A stretch of 64,000 nt of DNA, taken from Lama guanicoe (taxonomy: Eukaryota). A program made the position numbers and the translations under genes. Position 1 is the stretch's first letter. The number at the start of each line of letters is the position of its first letter. Shown here piece after piece: positions 1 to 13,625 of this stretch. The stretch is taken from NCBI GenBank assembly GCA_013239625.1, contig MU053559.1, positions 2,276,324 to 2,340,323 on the forward strand, in the 5' to 3' direction. A model generated the notes under the pieces. That model did not search any database. It saw nothing but the letters and a program-made list of their open reading frames with translations, and was not told the DNA's origin.

Positions 1-256
1 TAGATGACCAAGGGACTACTTCCTTGGGGTCCGCACATCAGTGGAAGACACCCAAACCGGTGGTGGCTGACTCGCTCAAACTCTGGCTCCCCGAACTGGT
101 AACTGTCACTTTAATATAGCTTTACTGATTAAACTCAGAAAAATGCAGCTAAAAATCTTTGCCAGGAACTTGTGTGGACTTACTCCCTGTTCCCTCCGCC
201 CCCCTCTTCCCCCTTCCCCCCTTTCCCACCCTCTGTTCTTATTCGTTTTGTCACAG

Positions 257-429
257 GAATGAAATGCAGATAACTCTTTAGAAAACTTTTCGTAGGAAAA
301 AAAAAGCGCCTCGTGTGATCTGGAACAAAGACATTTTATAATCAGATTTATCAAGCTGTGAAGAGGGCGTTTTAGCCAACGGAAGCAGCAGCATTCTGTC
401 ACCAGGAAATACTGCTTTATCCAGAATTG
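257..429 (+). other. Candidate non-coding exon (5' UTR or lncRNA) of an unidentified spliced transcript
   Basis: A long pyrimidine tract ends in TTTTGTCACAG (AG at 255-256), and a consensus donor TTG|GTAAGT lies at 430-435. A weaker upstream donor CTG|GTAACT is at 99. No ORF is listed on this strand, and the surroundings are repeat-free. Confidence 0.55.
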
Positions 430-3400
430 GTAAGTGTAAAGTGGCATTGCTCCCTAATAGATATCATATGGTGTGTGGGAATTGTAAAATTGTTCACAGA
501 CCCCTAACAACTGTGTTGAACCAAAGAACATATAAACAGAGTGCGGAATTCTAAAAAGGAACAGCCCAAGAATAGAGCGTACAGGCTACGAAGAAGCCAG
601 GTAATTTAACAAAGATGAGCTGAGCATTACCAGTTCAGCCAAATACATGTACTACAGATAGTTGGGTCCACCCCCCTCCCTTTTTTTCTTTTCATGAGGG
701 GAAAAAAATAAAGATGGGTTGTTTGGTAGACTTGTGGCATTAACATTCCATGGATGTAGATTTCCATTTAGTCTGAAGAGTATGTATGCTAGATATTTGA
801 AGGGATGCTTTCAAAATTAGTCAACTGGCCCTCCTTTCCCTCTTTCTAGCCAAGGAGGTCAAGAATTTAGTTAGAACTGTACAAAATGAAAGCTGAAGTA
901 ATGTATCGGAGCAATTTCCTGCAGATTGTGAAGGGCAGATTAAGATGGTACGAGATTTTTTTTTTTTTGCATTTGTGTCGTGAATTTTAAGATTGTTCTA
1001 TTTGATTGCGTTAGTGCAGCAAAAAGGTGGTTCTTTCTATATGGTTCATTTTGAGAGACATTTTGAGAAATCATGATCAGCCGTTTTTACTGGTCTGCCT
1101 GTGTCTCTCTTCCTCTGAAACCTTAAATTCAGTTTTCTAATCTGAAATCCAAACTGCCCCTGCGTTTAAATTTCCAGAAAAATACAATAAACCTTTGAAT
1201 AACTGCATTATATACAATAGATTCTTGTTCGTGAACTGTAAGGAAACACAGTTTTATATTAGGCATTGAGTGTCTGATGTCTTGATTGGGCTTCTTAAGA
1301 ATGATGGTGTCGGAAAAGTTGAATAAAATAAGAAAATAAAACTAGAATGATGGGTGGCTACCTGATTTTTACCAGTTTCTTATTGGTCAGCAGAAGCAAT
1401 CATGTGATGTCCACTCACAGAAACAGATGGAAACGTATTTTGTTCTTTCACTGCTAGCAAACATACAGGCAGTTTTGCTGCTTGCCCTATATGAATGTGA
1501 CTATATACAATTAAAACTGTTCTTGATAGAATTGTAAGTGTGGGGCTATGGAGGACACAATGTTATCTATTTACTTTTTAAAGTACCTTGTTTCAAACTG
1601 AAAGTTGAATCTGCATTTCTGACTTTTGGTTTTCATTCTGTTACTTTTGAAATTTTTCAAATCTTTCACTCGAAAGGGGAAAAGTGTATAATAAAAAACA
1701 GGGGAACAATTCTCCAGTTTATCTCATTGGCATGAGAGTGAGATGAGAGTGGAGGGGAGGAAAAGCAATCTAGTGGCATCTGTTAACTGGTCTTTTTTTT
1801 TCCCCCCTGTTTATATACTTTGAGAACTTTTAAGATTATTTTTCTCCAACTAATAGCTCTCAGGACTTCTGTATAAGTATTTATTTTCAAAGAAATAGAT
1901 AAAAAAGCAAGGTAAGTGGGACCATTAAGAGCGGTTCCTCCAAATAAATCAGGTTGGTGATCCAAACTTGTTAATATTCCAAGTTATTTGACTTAATTAA
2001 GATGTGACTGAGGATGTGGGAAAATGCTACTGCTTTCCTTGAAGTGTATGGATTTATTGGTTTCAAAGTCCTGAAGACAGACAAATGGTGACAAAGCATT
2101 AAGATATTTACAGGTAATTTATATCCGACCGCTAGTGTGTGTTCAGTGAGTCACAATTATTTTCAGCTCTGTGTTTCAGGTAAATACTTAGGAGAAACGT
2201 GATGGTTATAATCTGTCTAAACACTGCCATGCTTAATGGAAAAAAGGCTCTATCGAAATTTTAGGTTTTACTGATCCATGTAGAAGCCATTGTTTTGAAT
2301 GGTGAAAAGATGACAAAAGCAGATTGAAACAGTAAATGCTGGAGAATCTATTCCAGAAGCATTCCTTTAGATCTTCATGTTTTCAATTCTGTGTTCTCTG
2401 ATGTGATATCAGTTTATTAATTTTTAAAAATACATGTGCAATCAGTAACTTACTTAGCATTGCCCTGAGTTCTCTGCTACAGTTATGGAGAGATATTAAT
2501 ATTTTTGTATACCTTATTCAAAGATATTAGCAGTACTCCCGTGTCTTTGTCTTTGTGGGTGTGGAAAGCTACAAACTGAAGGGACTCAGGTCAAGTGACA
2601 GAGCTCAAAATAATTTCTCTGCAATAGTACTGATATTTGCATATTCGGGAATATAAACTCCTTCCCCGTTGGGCTGGTATTTCAAATTTTTCGTGTGGTA
2701 CACAGTTTGGCCCAGCTACATTTTTTTGAGGACTGGATATACATGTGTGTACATACTTGATTGGAAGGGGGAACTTTAATCACCAGCCAAACAAGTGGTT
2801 GTTTGTCAGACCCTAGATCAGCCTCACAGTGTTGTTCCTATGACAACTGAGGGGTTGGGTGTTGAAATGTAGCTTGAAGTTCTTGCTTTGCAAATGTCAT
2901 TCAGACCTCCCACTACAGTCTCATTGAGTAGGAGGATAATGAGAAGGGGGAAAAAAAACCAGGAAGCAACATAAATATCTCTGTTCGTTTCATGTCTTCC
3001 TGACTCGCCTTTGTGTACCGAGCACCGTGAGAGTGGTGAACTTAGGTCTTGAGCAAGGCGATCCTTCGGGAGGAAATAAATGGAAGCGGGTCAGAGAAGT
3101 TGGGGGAGATAAATAACAACATATGGGGGTAATAAAGAGGCAAGAGAAGTTAGCTTCCATGAGTTTGTGCAAATCCTTTAGCCAGTGCGGACCAGCAGTG
3201 CAAACATCTTGATCCGGTTACTGAATAGCTCTCTGAGAGCTGCAGGTTATTTCCTTAAATGCAATGTGGGGAAAATTCCTTTGGTAGCGGAATAGTTTCC
3301 CACTTTGGCATTAACATTTATTCACCTCCCTTAGACTGACTACAGAGCGGACTGTATTCTTTCAGGGTACATGTTTTTAAGTCAGTTATTTAGCATTTAA

Positions 3401-3756
3401 AATCATAGCTTGTCTTTCTTCCATGGAGGAACGATAGGGTGGTATTATTATACTAGTGGTAAAACTTCAGTATGTTACCCTATAGTCAATGGCTACTCTT
3501 AAAAACCCTCAAACAGGTTTGAGACCTGTTGTTTGTGGAAAGGAACTGGTTGACGGAGAATCTTAATGGCGCACTGTATTTGGTGGGGAAGGATTCTTTA
3601 GATAATATTGAGGTTAATTACGCAGTTGTGGGTTTCCATGCCTGAAAAGCTCCCTATTTTCTCCTGCTGGATGGCTTTGACTGTTTACTTGGCCATTAGC
3701 ATGTCCAGAAATTAAAAAAGAAGACCTCAAGGGGTTTTGCCCCTTTACTTACTATC

Positions 3757-3965
3757 TAGGTCCACCATCTCTTCTGAAATCCAAAAAGGTCTGAAAACCA
3801 AAAGGTTTTAATGTAAAAAAAAATTGATGGCAAATCCTGACCTAAATTAATGTGAAGCTATTTATTGTCTTCATTTATCCCACTTTGTATGATGTCTGCA
3901 TGTTTTATGGTAGAAGTTATTAGCGTGTGTGGTCATGGAGTGCTGTACCAGACCCCCCCCCCGGA
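3757..3965. mobile_element. Ancient non-autonomous DNA transposon fragment, probably TcMar/Tigger class
   Basis: Starts TAGGTCCAC and contains CTGAAATCCAAAAAGGTCTGAAAACCAAAAG and TTTATCCCACTT, which I recall from old Tigger-like MITE consensus sequences. The subfamily is uncertain. Confidence 0.45.
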
Positions 3966-4224
3966 GTTTTATATATAAATATAGAGACAGAGTTAAGTAC
4001 CCTCACTTTATATACACTGGAGAGAAGCTAAAAGGATGTCTGTATATATGGAGAATTGTCCATGAAAAGGCCTCAAGCTTCAAAATATATCTATATTCTG
4101 TAGCTAGAAGATTCACCCTATTATCTTTAGAAAAGAATCATCATCATTATCAGCCTGAGTGTCAGGAGGGTTTGTAGACCTCTAATTACGGGTATACACT
4201 GAGCTCTTGTGTCAGGCACTGGAC

Positions 4225-4290
4225 TAAATGAGTCCCTGGCATCCAGGACAGTGTCCGGCACGTGGTAGAGACTCAGTAGATATGTTTTGG
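4225..4290 (+). mobile_element. L2 LINE 3' end fragment
   Basis: GACAGTGTCCGGCACGTGGTAGAGACTCAGTAGATATGTT resembles the L2/MIR 3' terminus. Confidence 0.55.
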
Positions 4291-4294
4291 GGAG

Positions 4295-4455
4295 AAAATG
4301 CTTTTCATACATTAACTCATTTAATCCGCACAAAAGCTGAACAGGGTCTGTATGATTATTATCCCCATTATCCATGGAGGGATGAGGTGATGCAGCTTAC
4401 CTGAAGGGTCAGAGCCAGGAAGTTAGAGAAGCAAGAGGGGAAAGCAGATGGTCTA
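4295..4455 (-). mobile_element. MIR SINE
   Basis: ATACATTAACTCATTTAATCC...ATTATTATCCCCATT is the reverse-complemented MIR core. Confidence 0.75.
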
Positions 4456-6599
4456 GCTGTAGTCCGGCTCTTAAGGAATCGACCTCAAGTGTGAGGGAGG
4501 CCTGGAGACATGGCGCTGGAACTCCTGACTGAGTCAGAGGGGCGTTTCAGCCTTTCATTCCTAATCATGACCAGGGGCCTGTTGTGGAATGCTTCTAACA
4601 AGGTCTCCTGGGTGGGAGGGTGGGAATTCCAGGGCTCTGAGAGGCTCTTAATCTCTGGAGAGGTTTCGCAGCATTGATCAGCAGTCAGCTGTCAGCCTGG
4701 CTTTTTTTTAATCTTGAAAACTTAAGATGCACAAAGTAACTCTTTGCCCGGCCCCAAGGAAATTATCTTGAGCAGTGGGAAAAGTCTTTCTGTAGACATT
4801 TTTCTGGGCCCTGGACCCAGCAGGAGGTCTGGGCTCTGAGGAGGGCCTGGGTCCCCTCACAGAGAGCGAGCTCCATGGCGTGGGAGCCACACTGGGACAC
4901 AGCAAAGGCCCTTTGGGGGAATTCTGGAAGCCTGTGGAATTAGAGCTGCATGATCTTCTAAATCCACAAAAGGTTACTTTTAACAGTACTTCGCAAAAAA
5001 AATATGTAAGATGTCTTCTAATAGTTATGTATTTCTAGGCATAAACATTCATTCCAAGCTGACAGCAGCCTCCCCATTCTATTTCCCAAATTCTCTAACT
5101 GTCTACCCTGCTTAATTGTTTTTCTTCGCACTTACCTCTGTCTGCCATATTGTACGTTTTACTTATTTATTTATTTGGCATTTCAGTCAAACACTAGCAG
5201 TGATGTTATCTTGGAACAAATTTGAGGGTCCTAGATTTATTTCTCTTTGATCTCTATATTCAAACTCATTCCCTCTTGTCCATCACAGATTGTTATAAAT
5301 CAAGAATTTTGTTTTTCTGCCCATTGCATTGGGTTTTTCTTGCTATTAGTTATCATTTTTATGTTCACAACTATGAGGATTTCTTTTTCTTAACCAAACT
5401 GTTTTGATTGTGCAATCAGAATTTGGAGAATCACTGTCTTCATTCAGGAGAGGACACTTAGCCAAGTTTGAATATGATCCTTTTGTATTTTAAAAATCAA
5501 GATTGTAAGTTACTAAGCAGAACATGCAACGTAAAATTCTTCTATGTTTTATGAACTAACCTTCAATTTAGATACGAAACTGGGGAACTATACATAACAT
5601 TTATTCCAATGAGACCATCTTAAGCCCACATGCTTGCTACCCTTTTCCTTTAAAAAATTAAAAAAATATAAAATGATTGTTCTATATATTATATTAAAGA
5701 ATGTAAGTGATTTCATCTTGGACATTTCCTGGCTCAAGTTCTTACATTCTCAACTGTAACCTCTTGTCTTTCAGTCCTATATTTGTTTTAGTTTATACAT
5801 TCCAAAGTATTTAGGATCATATAAAATATAAAAATGTTTAAATGCATATATATTATTAACTGTAAATAGCATCATCATGTAAATACATCAGTAGAGTGCT
5901 CAAAGAGTTGACTTTCTTTGAATTAATTCTTAAAGGAACAGGTTAGGTGCTTATAGAAGTTGAATAGAATGTGCTTTTGCAAGTCAATATAATAATTGAG
6001 ACATTTTGTTTTTCTTAGTTATATTTTAATAGCAAAATAATTTCTAGTTGCTTTCTTCTGAGTGGTTAATCTAATTAAGTATTAACATACTTAAAAACAA
6101 AGTGTAACTGGTTACTTTCAGGTGGAAGAGGGGGTCATTGATTATGAAAAGCAAGCTAAGGTTTTATCTGAAAGGCTCTTCCCTTTCTGCCTTGGAAGAG
6201 TTTAATTCTCTTTAAGCACCGAGTCCACTGAAAGCCCATGGCTGGTGGTGGTAACAGAAGACAGCTTAATTTCCCTACCTTTCCAAAAAGCAGATGGATA
6301 AAGACTTTTAAAATGAAAATCCATTGATTTCTCTCAATGAGAGTTTGTGTAATATATAGATAAAGTGAGGCAGAGTTGCCCTCTGCTAGCTGCATAGGCT
6401 ATCCCATTTATTTCCCTAAGCCCCAATGAATGGAGCATCCTTACTAGCTCACAGGGCTGTTAACATGAAATAACACAAGTAGAGCACATGCTGTGGTCCC
6501 TGGACTACGGCACCTAATACACTTGAATTCCTTCCCAGAGCCTTTCAGGACAGACTTTAGTCTCAAAGCCTGCAGCTCCATCCTAAGTGATATGTTTTT

Positions 6600-6717
6600 T
6601 TTTAAATTTTGTTTTTGTTTTTGTTTTTTGTTTGCTTTTGACAGAGGTACTGGGGATTGAACCCAGGACCTCGTGCCTGCTAAGCACATGCTCTACTACT
6701 GAGCTACACTCTCCCCC
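6600..6717 (-). mobile_element. tRNA-derived SINE (camelid Vic-1-like) with target-site duplication
   Basis: The reverse strand has an A box (TAGCTCAGTAGTAGAGC) and a B box (GGTTCAATCCC), followed by an A-rich tail. Degenerate TSD: TAAGTGATATGTTTTT (6584-6599) and TAAGTTATGTGTTTTT (6718-6733). Confidence 0.9.
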
Positions 6718-6779
6718 TAAGTTATGTGTTTTTCTTTACATCAGATGAGGCAAGACAGTGATGATGATGGTGGGTGCCC

Positions 6780-6950
6780 TTTATTGTACACTTCCCAGTT
6801 GTGAGAGCTTGTTTAAATCTCTTGACAGCCCATTGGTACAGTGATGGTGCCCATTTCATAGATGAGGACAGTGAGGCCCAGAGAGGTAAAGGCATATGCT
6901 TAGGGCCACTCGGCTGATAAGCTGTGGAACTAGAATCTAAATCCCAATAG
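6780..6950 (-). mobile_element. MIR SINE
   Basis: CCCATTTCATAGATGAGGACAGTGAGGCCCAGAGAGGTAAA is the reverse MIR core. Confidence 0.8.
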
Positions 6951-8884
6951 GATGTTGCCAGTACAGATGGTGAGTACCTCTGGCAGCAAAGCAAAAGTTG
7001 AGTGAACCTGAAAGTCTCAGAAATGGTCTTCTCATTTCTATTTTGCAAAGTGTCGCATCTTCCAGGCCTGGCCCTCTCAATATTGAAATACCAGATTGAC
7101 TTTGTCTGCTTCTTATTTCACAGATCAGTGGGAGCAGTTTTAGTCAGTTGTGTTTTATGAGTTTTAATTAGGCCACTGAAGTCCAGGAGGGGAATTCCTT
7201 GTTTTCAGTTGATCTCACACGCTTAACAGATTTACTCATGGAACTTCCCCTATTTTTTTTTCCTCTAATGTTTTCACTTGAAAGTGGGGGCGGAAGGGAG
7301 AAGTACGTGAGAATTTGAGTCCTAGGGATGCATTTTCATCAGCCTTTCTGGAGACTCTTCTACCTGGTATAGAATCAGTCCATCAAAAATAAAATGAGTA
7401 AGGATCAGTAATTACGAATATGTTCTCCTTTATCTCCATCTTGTTCTGGGCGCTGTCTCAAGGGGCAAAATTTCTAAGTACAGATGTATAAGAAGCCATC
7501 CATATGCATAAAACTCTATGTTTGGATGAGGGGTTAATTTTCAGAATACTGGAAAAAGAGGTTTCACCTTGAGAATGTCCTCCCCTTTCAAATGTGGGTT
7601 GAGGATTTGGCTTTGAAGGCAAGGGCAGGCTACTCCAGCCCATGGGTTCAGAGTGCTTAGAAATCTCTTTTAAAAATCTCCTGATCTTGGACTGAGCCTA
7701 CCTGTAGGAGGATCTATTAAAACATACCTGTCTTCCTTTTTTCATTTGTTCATTCATTCATTCATTTATCTGTATTCTTGTGTAACTCATTCAACGCCTA
7801 CCTGCAGACAGATGAAAGAAAGGCCGAGCTGAGGGTCCATTAGGGGAAGGAAGAGGAGGAACTACAAGCTCACTCTTTGTTCCTTTCACCTCAGTGACTC
7901 CATCTTTTATTTGATCCTTTGCCATCTTGGAGACAAGGCACATTTCACAGACTGACATGCATAAACGTCTTTAAGCATCTTCCTTTGACAGCCGATCTTT
8001 TTTTAAAAAGTACGGGAAAGAAAAGGCTCATGACAGGAAAATAAGGCCAAGAAATGGTTTTCTTTCTCTCTCTCTCTCTATTTTTTTAATGGTGGTAGAA
8101 GGGCTCATAGCAGGGAATGTGTCAGTAAAGACAGTCTAAGAATTCCCCTGAGCTTTGGACTCATTTCTCTGTTTGGAGACAATTAAGAGACAACGAAGGC
8201 CTCTGCAATGTTGGCTTGGAAAATAATTTTTATATGTGACTTAGTAGGAATTTAAACCTGGGCGTTATTTTCCATAGCTTTTGGAAAACACGTGACTAAC
8301 CATCCAAGTTCGTTGTAACAGCACAAACGTAATGTGTTTGCTGATACTGGGCTGACCACAGCAACAAAGGCAATGAAAATGCTTTCCCTCTTGCAGCATG
8401 AAATGTGAAGTCACCATCAATAGTAGGTATACATGGCCCAATGGAAGGAAATATGAATGTGGATTTAAAAACAAAACCATTTAGAGGGTCTCCCTCTAAA
8501 AGGAGGGCTCATTATCTCAGGGCGCTTCTCTCTGAGCAAGATCAGATAAGGACTGACTGGGACAAGCTAGGTTGATAAAGATAGTAAATTTCTACCTTTT
8601 CCTCCATCCTGTCTGGGAGCCATACTCTAAAAAAGATTCTTCCTGATCTTCTACCCTTGGCTAGCAGGGAAAGTATAAAGAAACATTCCTCTCTCCACTC
8701 CCCCCACCCCGACCCCTGCACAGTTTCTCTGAATGCTGGAGAAATGATCACTTTCCTTCAGCTCCTGTCCACCTGGCCCGTGAAGGATGGGGGATTTGAT
8801 AAGATGTTAACAAAAATTGTCCCAGGTGCCAACTGGACCTCACAAGCTCATAGCGGAACAATGAACAAAGATGTCATGTCGGAA

Positions 8885-9400
8885 ATGTTCATTTTAAAGC
8901 AATGTATTGCACACCTCCCATATTCCAGATGGGGTTCTTGGTCTGGGAATACAGCAGCGAGCAGGGGCCCTGATTGCATGGGGTGGGGAGGTGAGGGGAT
9001 GGAAACTGACAAATGATCAAACAAATAAGTGTATGCCGGACGTCAGAAGGTGCTAGAGAGAAAAATCAAACCTGATCAGACAGATAGGGAGTACCCAGGG
9101 GTCTGGGAAAGCACTGCTTTATCCAAGGCTGACAGAAAAGTCCTCTCTGCTGCAATATTCGTGCAGAGCCTCACCCGTGGGAAGCGAGGAGCCGGCCATG
9201 CGCGTATCTCGGCAAAGAGGATTCCAGGCAGAGAAAACAGAACCATTTGCAGTGGAGGTGAGAGCAAGCTTGGTGTGTTCAAGGGACAGAAAAGAGGTCG
9301 GTGTAGAACAGCAAGCGAGGGGGAAAGTAGTCGATGAGGTCTGGGTGGTAGTGAATTGCAGATCACGTAGGGCCCTGTGGGCCATAGCAAGAATTGCTGG
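8885..9400 (-). mobile_element. L2 LINE 3' region
   Basis: Reverse L2 3' motifs such as CTGGGAATACAGCAG, GATTCCAGGCAGAGAAAACAG and TGGTGTGTTCAAGGGACAG. This repeat accounts for the overlapping ORFs at 9029-9524. Confidence 0.75.
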
Positions 9401-11979
9401 AAAGTGGGAGATGATAAGCGAAGGGATGGAGGATGGGGTTCCGAAGGTACGGGTGATTTATGTAGGGATCCTGGAGAGTCCAGCCCATCGTGCCTCATAC
9501 CCAGGTGGTGTACAAGTTGCGTAGGGCTCTCTTTCAGTAAAACGCTACTTTTGTCATGTAAACGATTATGGGATGAAAATGTTGGTAAAGAAAGGTAAAG
9601 CTGAGGTGACGATTCCTTATCAGCTAAAGATCCAAAAGTGGGTCATTTTTTTCTGTCACATCTAATCCTCAGAGGCTCTGTTTTCTAGCAATAGCAAGTT
9701 TTCTAGCAGTGGGATGCTTTGATTCAATTTATACTTGTCCCAAACTCACTTTCCATGGGGAACATCTGCTGATTTTATCCTCAGTGATAGATGGTTTAGA
9801 CATTTGAACTGCATGGTTTTTTAAGTAAGTCTGCCTTTAAAAGTGTTTTGTTTTGTTTTGTTTTGTTTTGGTAGCGCCTAGTTTTATGTTCAATCACTTG
9901 ACAGATTCCCTCTTCTAATTCTGGAGGAAAATTTACTGTTTGAACATTTTACAATTGGAGGCAAAAAGAGGAGAAGAAAAACGCAGTTGACCGGTTGGGA
10001 AGAATAGGATTGTATCTACTTTTTTTCTTTAAATTTGTGTTAAAAACACTTTTGCAGTTCCTTAAAGATAGAGTTAATTGCTATAAATGGATTGCAACCC
10101 CTAGTCAGTCTTTCATTGCCATAATCTGATATTCAAAGTCCTACCTTTTGTGTAAGGTAGGTACAGTTTCCATTTTCTGGAAGTTTACATGTTAAGAGAC
10201 ATCACATCAGTGAGATGAGACACAGAACGTATATACACATCGTTTTATCGACATAGGACCATGAAACCAGGTCCAATAACATACAGTTCTTCACAGTTAC
10301 TCAGTAGCTACTTACAGGTATTGTCCAGGTTTCTCTTATTTTACATCATCTGAGACTTTGTATCTAATTTTTATCACCTTGCCCGACCTAGCCTGACTAG
10401 TTAGTTATGCATTTGGGTTAACACTCATATTCTTTTAGCCAGGAACCCACCTGCAGAAAAGAGTTAATGGTTTTGTCATTTATAGTTTCGTTCAACTGGA
10501 CCGGATTTCCTCCCCGCCTCTGGCTGAAACTGACTGAGAGAATGACAGTTTCACTTGTGGGGAGGAGAAATCAGCAATTTGGGAACATGGAGGGTTTCGT
10601 GGAGGAGGGCCTCGTTTGCTCCTTCCCGTCCTCCCCCTCAGGTAGGACCTCTGCGTTGGGCGAGGGAGTGAGAGTTCGCCTGTCAGGAGGAGGCTGACCC
10701 ACTTGGATGAACCGCATTGGGAGCTGAGAGAGGATGATGTAGACATGGAGAAGGAAGGATGTAGGGGAGCCTCAGGGTACCCGCACATCTCTCTGGTCCT
10801 CAGCCCAGGTGTCCTTGAGCCCTGGCCGGATGTCTATTCCTGCTTATCTCCTGGGAGATGAGGGGTGTGTTCCTGATTTACTGAGCAAGGAATTCAGGAA
10901 TGGGCATTCAAGACATCGTCTCCCCTCCTCTCCCCCTGCATACAGCTGTCTTAACTGAATCTACTTTCTAAGTGTAATATGCAGAGGAAAACACACGGAT
11001 TACCCCTAAAATCATGTGTTCTGTTCGGTCTTTCCTCTCAGGCTGATCACATCTGATGGTCTCCTGGGGCTTGAGCCGTTTTGCCCCATGTGCCCTGGGG
11101 ATTTCCCCCTTTCTTCCCCCATATAAACAGGCAATTTGTTGCCCCTGGTCTCAGACCTTGATATTTCTGCTTTTGACTGGCGTCTATTCTGGTACGATTG
11201 TGTGGTAGCTGGGCACTGCAAAATGAGTCAGTTCCTGCAGTTTGGTTACAAGTTCTCAAAAAGTATTTCAGAATGTGGATGTGGTCAGCAGAGTCATTTT
11301 CCAGGCATCTCAAAGGAAACCCACATCAACTGTAACAATTGAGCTGCGAACCAATGGCCCTGCACAGCAGAGCTCAGCCTGCTTTTCCTCAAAGGAAAGC
11401 CTGTCGTGGTCCTCAAATCTAGCCTCCTCTCCAGACCTTAAAGGAGAATTCTTCTCTGTGCCTGCAAATCACATTTTAGCTGTTACCATTTGCAGAAACA
11501 ATGCGGTGGAGGTTTTCAGCCTTCATCACTTTTGGAATGTGGGCCCAAGTTTGACATCAAAGAATTATTTTTGTGAAATGAAGTCTTACAGAATAAGAAT
11601 GTGATTAGTACACAGTGTGAATTGGAGCTTAGAGACAACCTTTGGTGATTTTCAGCTAATGCACTGAGGAAGAGCTAAAATGGTTTATGTTCTACTAGAA
11701 TATATGGAAAGAGAATTATTCTGTTTACTCATTAAGTTCTGAACCTAGTAGCAATACTGATAAAAATAATTAAGTTCTTTAAAAGCTTTAAAAGAATTTC
11801 AAGCTCGTCATACCATTGAGAGAATATTTTAGCTCAGCATAGGTTTTAAGAAATAATCACTGTGAATCGTTTATTCTCTTGGGCCCTCATGAATTATGTA
11901 AAATTTTGATTGAGTTGTTAGTTACCAGTCTTGGACCACCCATTAAAACTGATGGAGTTTTCAATAGTAAGAAAACAGA

Positions 11980-12820
11980 CAACATAGGGAAAAAAAATGG
12001 ATGAATGGATGACAGACACTTCACTAAAGGCGATATACAAATGACACATATGCACATGAAAAGATGTTCAACATCATTAGTCATTAGAAAAATGCAAAGC
12101 AAAACGACCACTCCACACCTGTTTGAATGTCTACACTTAAAAAAGCTGACCACCCAAGTGTTGGCATGATTTTGGAGGATTGAGAACTCTCAGGATACAT
12201 GTAGGTAGAAACATAAAATGGTACCAACATCTTGGAAGACAGTTTTGCAGTTTCTTAAAATGGTAAACATACACCTACCATTGGATCCAGGGATTCCACT
12301 CCTAGAGAAAAAAAAAAGCATATGTCTGTATGAAGACTTATAGATGAATGTTTACAGCCGTTTTAAAAGTAATGGCTAAAAACTGGAACCAGCCCTGACA
12401 TCCATCAGCAGGTGAATGATCACCAAATGGTAGCGTATTCATACAATGGGTACAACTCAAAAATGAGAAAGACTGACCTATTGATATAGGATGTAGTCAA
12501 CAGCACAGATGACCTTGCACTCAGTGAAAGAAGCCAGACCAAAAAAAAAAAAGTACATACTGTATGATTCCATTTATATGCAATTCTAGAAAATGCAAAG
12601 AAATCTGTAATGCCAGAAAGCAGATCTGTAGGGGCGGCAAGCAGGAGTGATTATAAAAGAACACGAGGAAACATTCGGGCTAGTGGATAATTTCACTACC
12701 TTGATGGTGGTGATGGTTTCGTGGGTGTATACATATGCCAAAAAGTATCAAATTGTATGCTTTAAATATATGCAGTTTATTGTGTGTTAGTTATTCCTCA
12801 ATTTAAAAAAAAAAAAACTT
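11980..12820 (+). mobile_element. Old L1M (L1MB/L1MC/L1ME-type) 3' end: ORF2 C-terminus, 3' UTR and poly(A)
   Basis: ATGCACATGAAAAGATGTTCAACATCATTAGTCATTAG encodes the ORF2 motif [12 protein letters not shown]. The 3' UTR contains TACTGTATGATTCCATTTATATG, and an A tract lies at ~12805-12817. Confidence 0.9.
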
Positions 12821-13479
12821 TAAAAAATGAGCCATCATTGTTACAGTGGATGGAGGGGTTTTAAAGTGCTCTCATCTGGCAAAGGAAAGACGTAACATCT
12901 CTTAGGAAAGAAAATGCCTGGTGAAGTTTTAATGGTCTGGGGATAGAAATAGAACCTTCTAGTACAGATGAGAAACCACAGTTAAGTGGTGAACATAGTA
13001 AATGTTACCACTTTAGTTCCTCCTGTTTACAAGGTGTGTAACAAGTGGTTCAGAAAATTATCTTGTCCAGCACTGCGGGAGCAGCCACCTGCCTGGTTGG
13101 TTAGAATTTGCACTTAAACACAACTACAGTGGCACTCACTGTCTGATGCGGATTAAAGCATTTGGAGCAGGATTCAGATTGCAAAGACAGGGAAATACTA
13201 CCTTCATGTTCCATCATTGTCAGAGAAGTAGAATGTCTTCTATTTGAATTCATAAAGTACGTGCATAAGCCTCATTTTGTGTGGTCGTCTCAGTGATCCC
13301 ATGATAGTTGTTTGCCTGGATCACAGAGCCTCCATCATCTCCGGCAGAGTTGCCATTCTTCCCCGGGCACCTTGCTGCTTTCCCCAAACTCATGTCATTG
13401 AGTATTTGGCGAGGACTTTTTGCTTACCAATTTGTTGGGCGGTCCCTTCTATTTGCAGATGAGGTGTTCATGGCAGTGA

Positions 13480-13625
13480 TCCCCTCTAATACTGCTTCCC
13501 CATCTGTAAATAGATAAGGACACAACCGCAGGCATCACAAGGTTGTTGCAAGGGTCAAAGACTCGGATGTGAAAGAGCTATGAGCGCCGGACAGTACTGT
13601 ATACACAGCGGGTGTTGACATTCAC
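13480..13625 (+). mobile_element. MIR SINE
   Basis: CTTCCCCATCTGTAAATAGATAA...CACAAGGTTGTTG matches the MIR core. Confidence 0.6.

Noticed and set aside
9029..9598. Dense stack of overlapping ORFs on both strands
   Set aside because: It lies mostly in a decayed L2 element whose composition is poor in stop codons.
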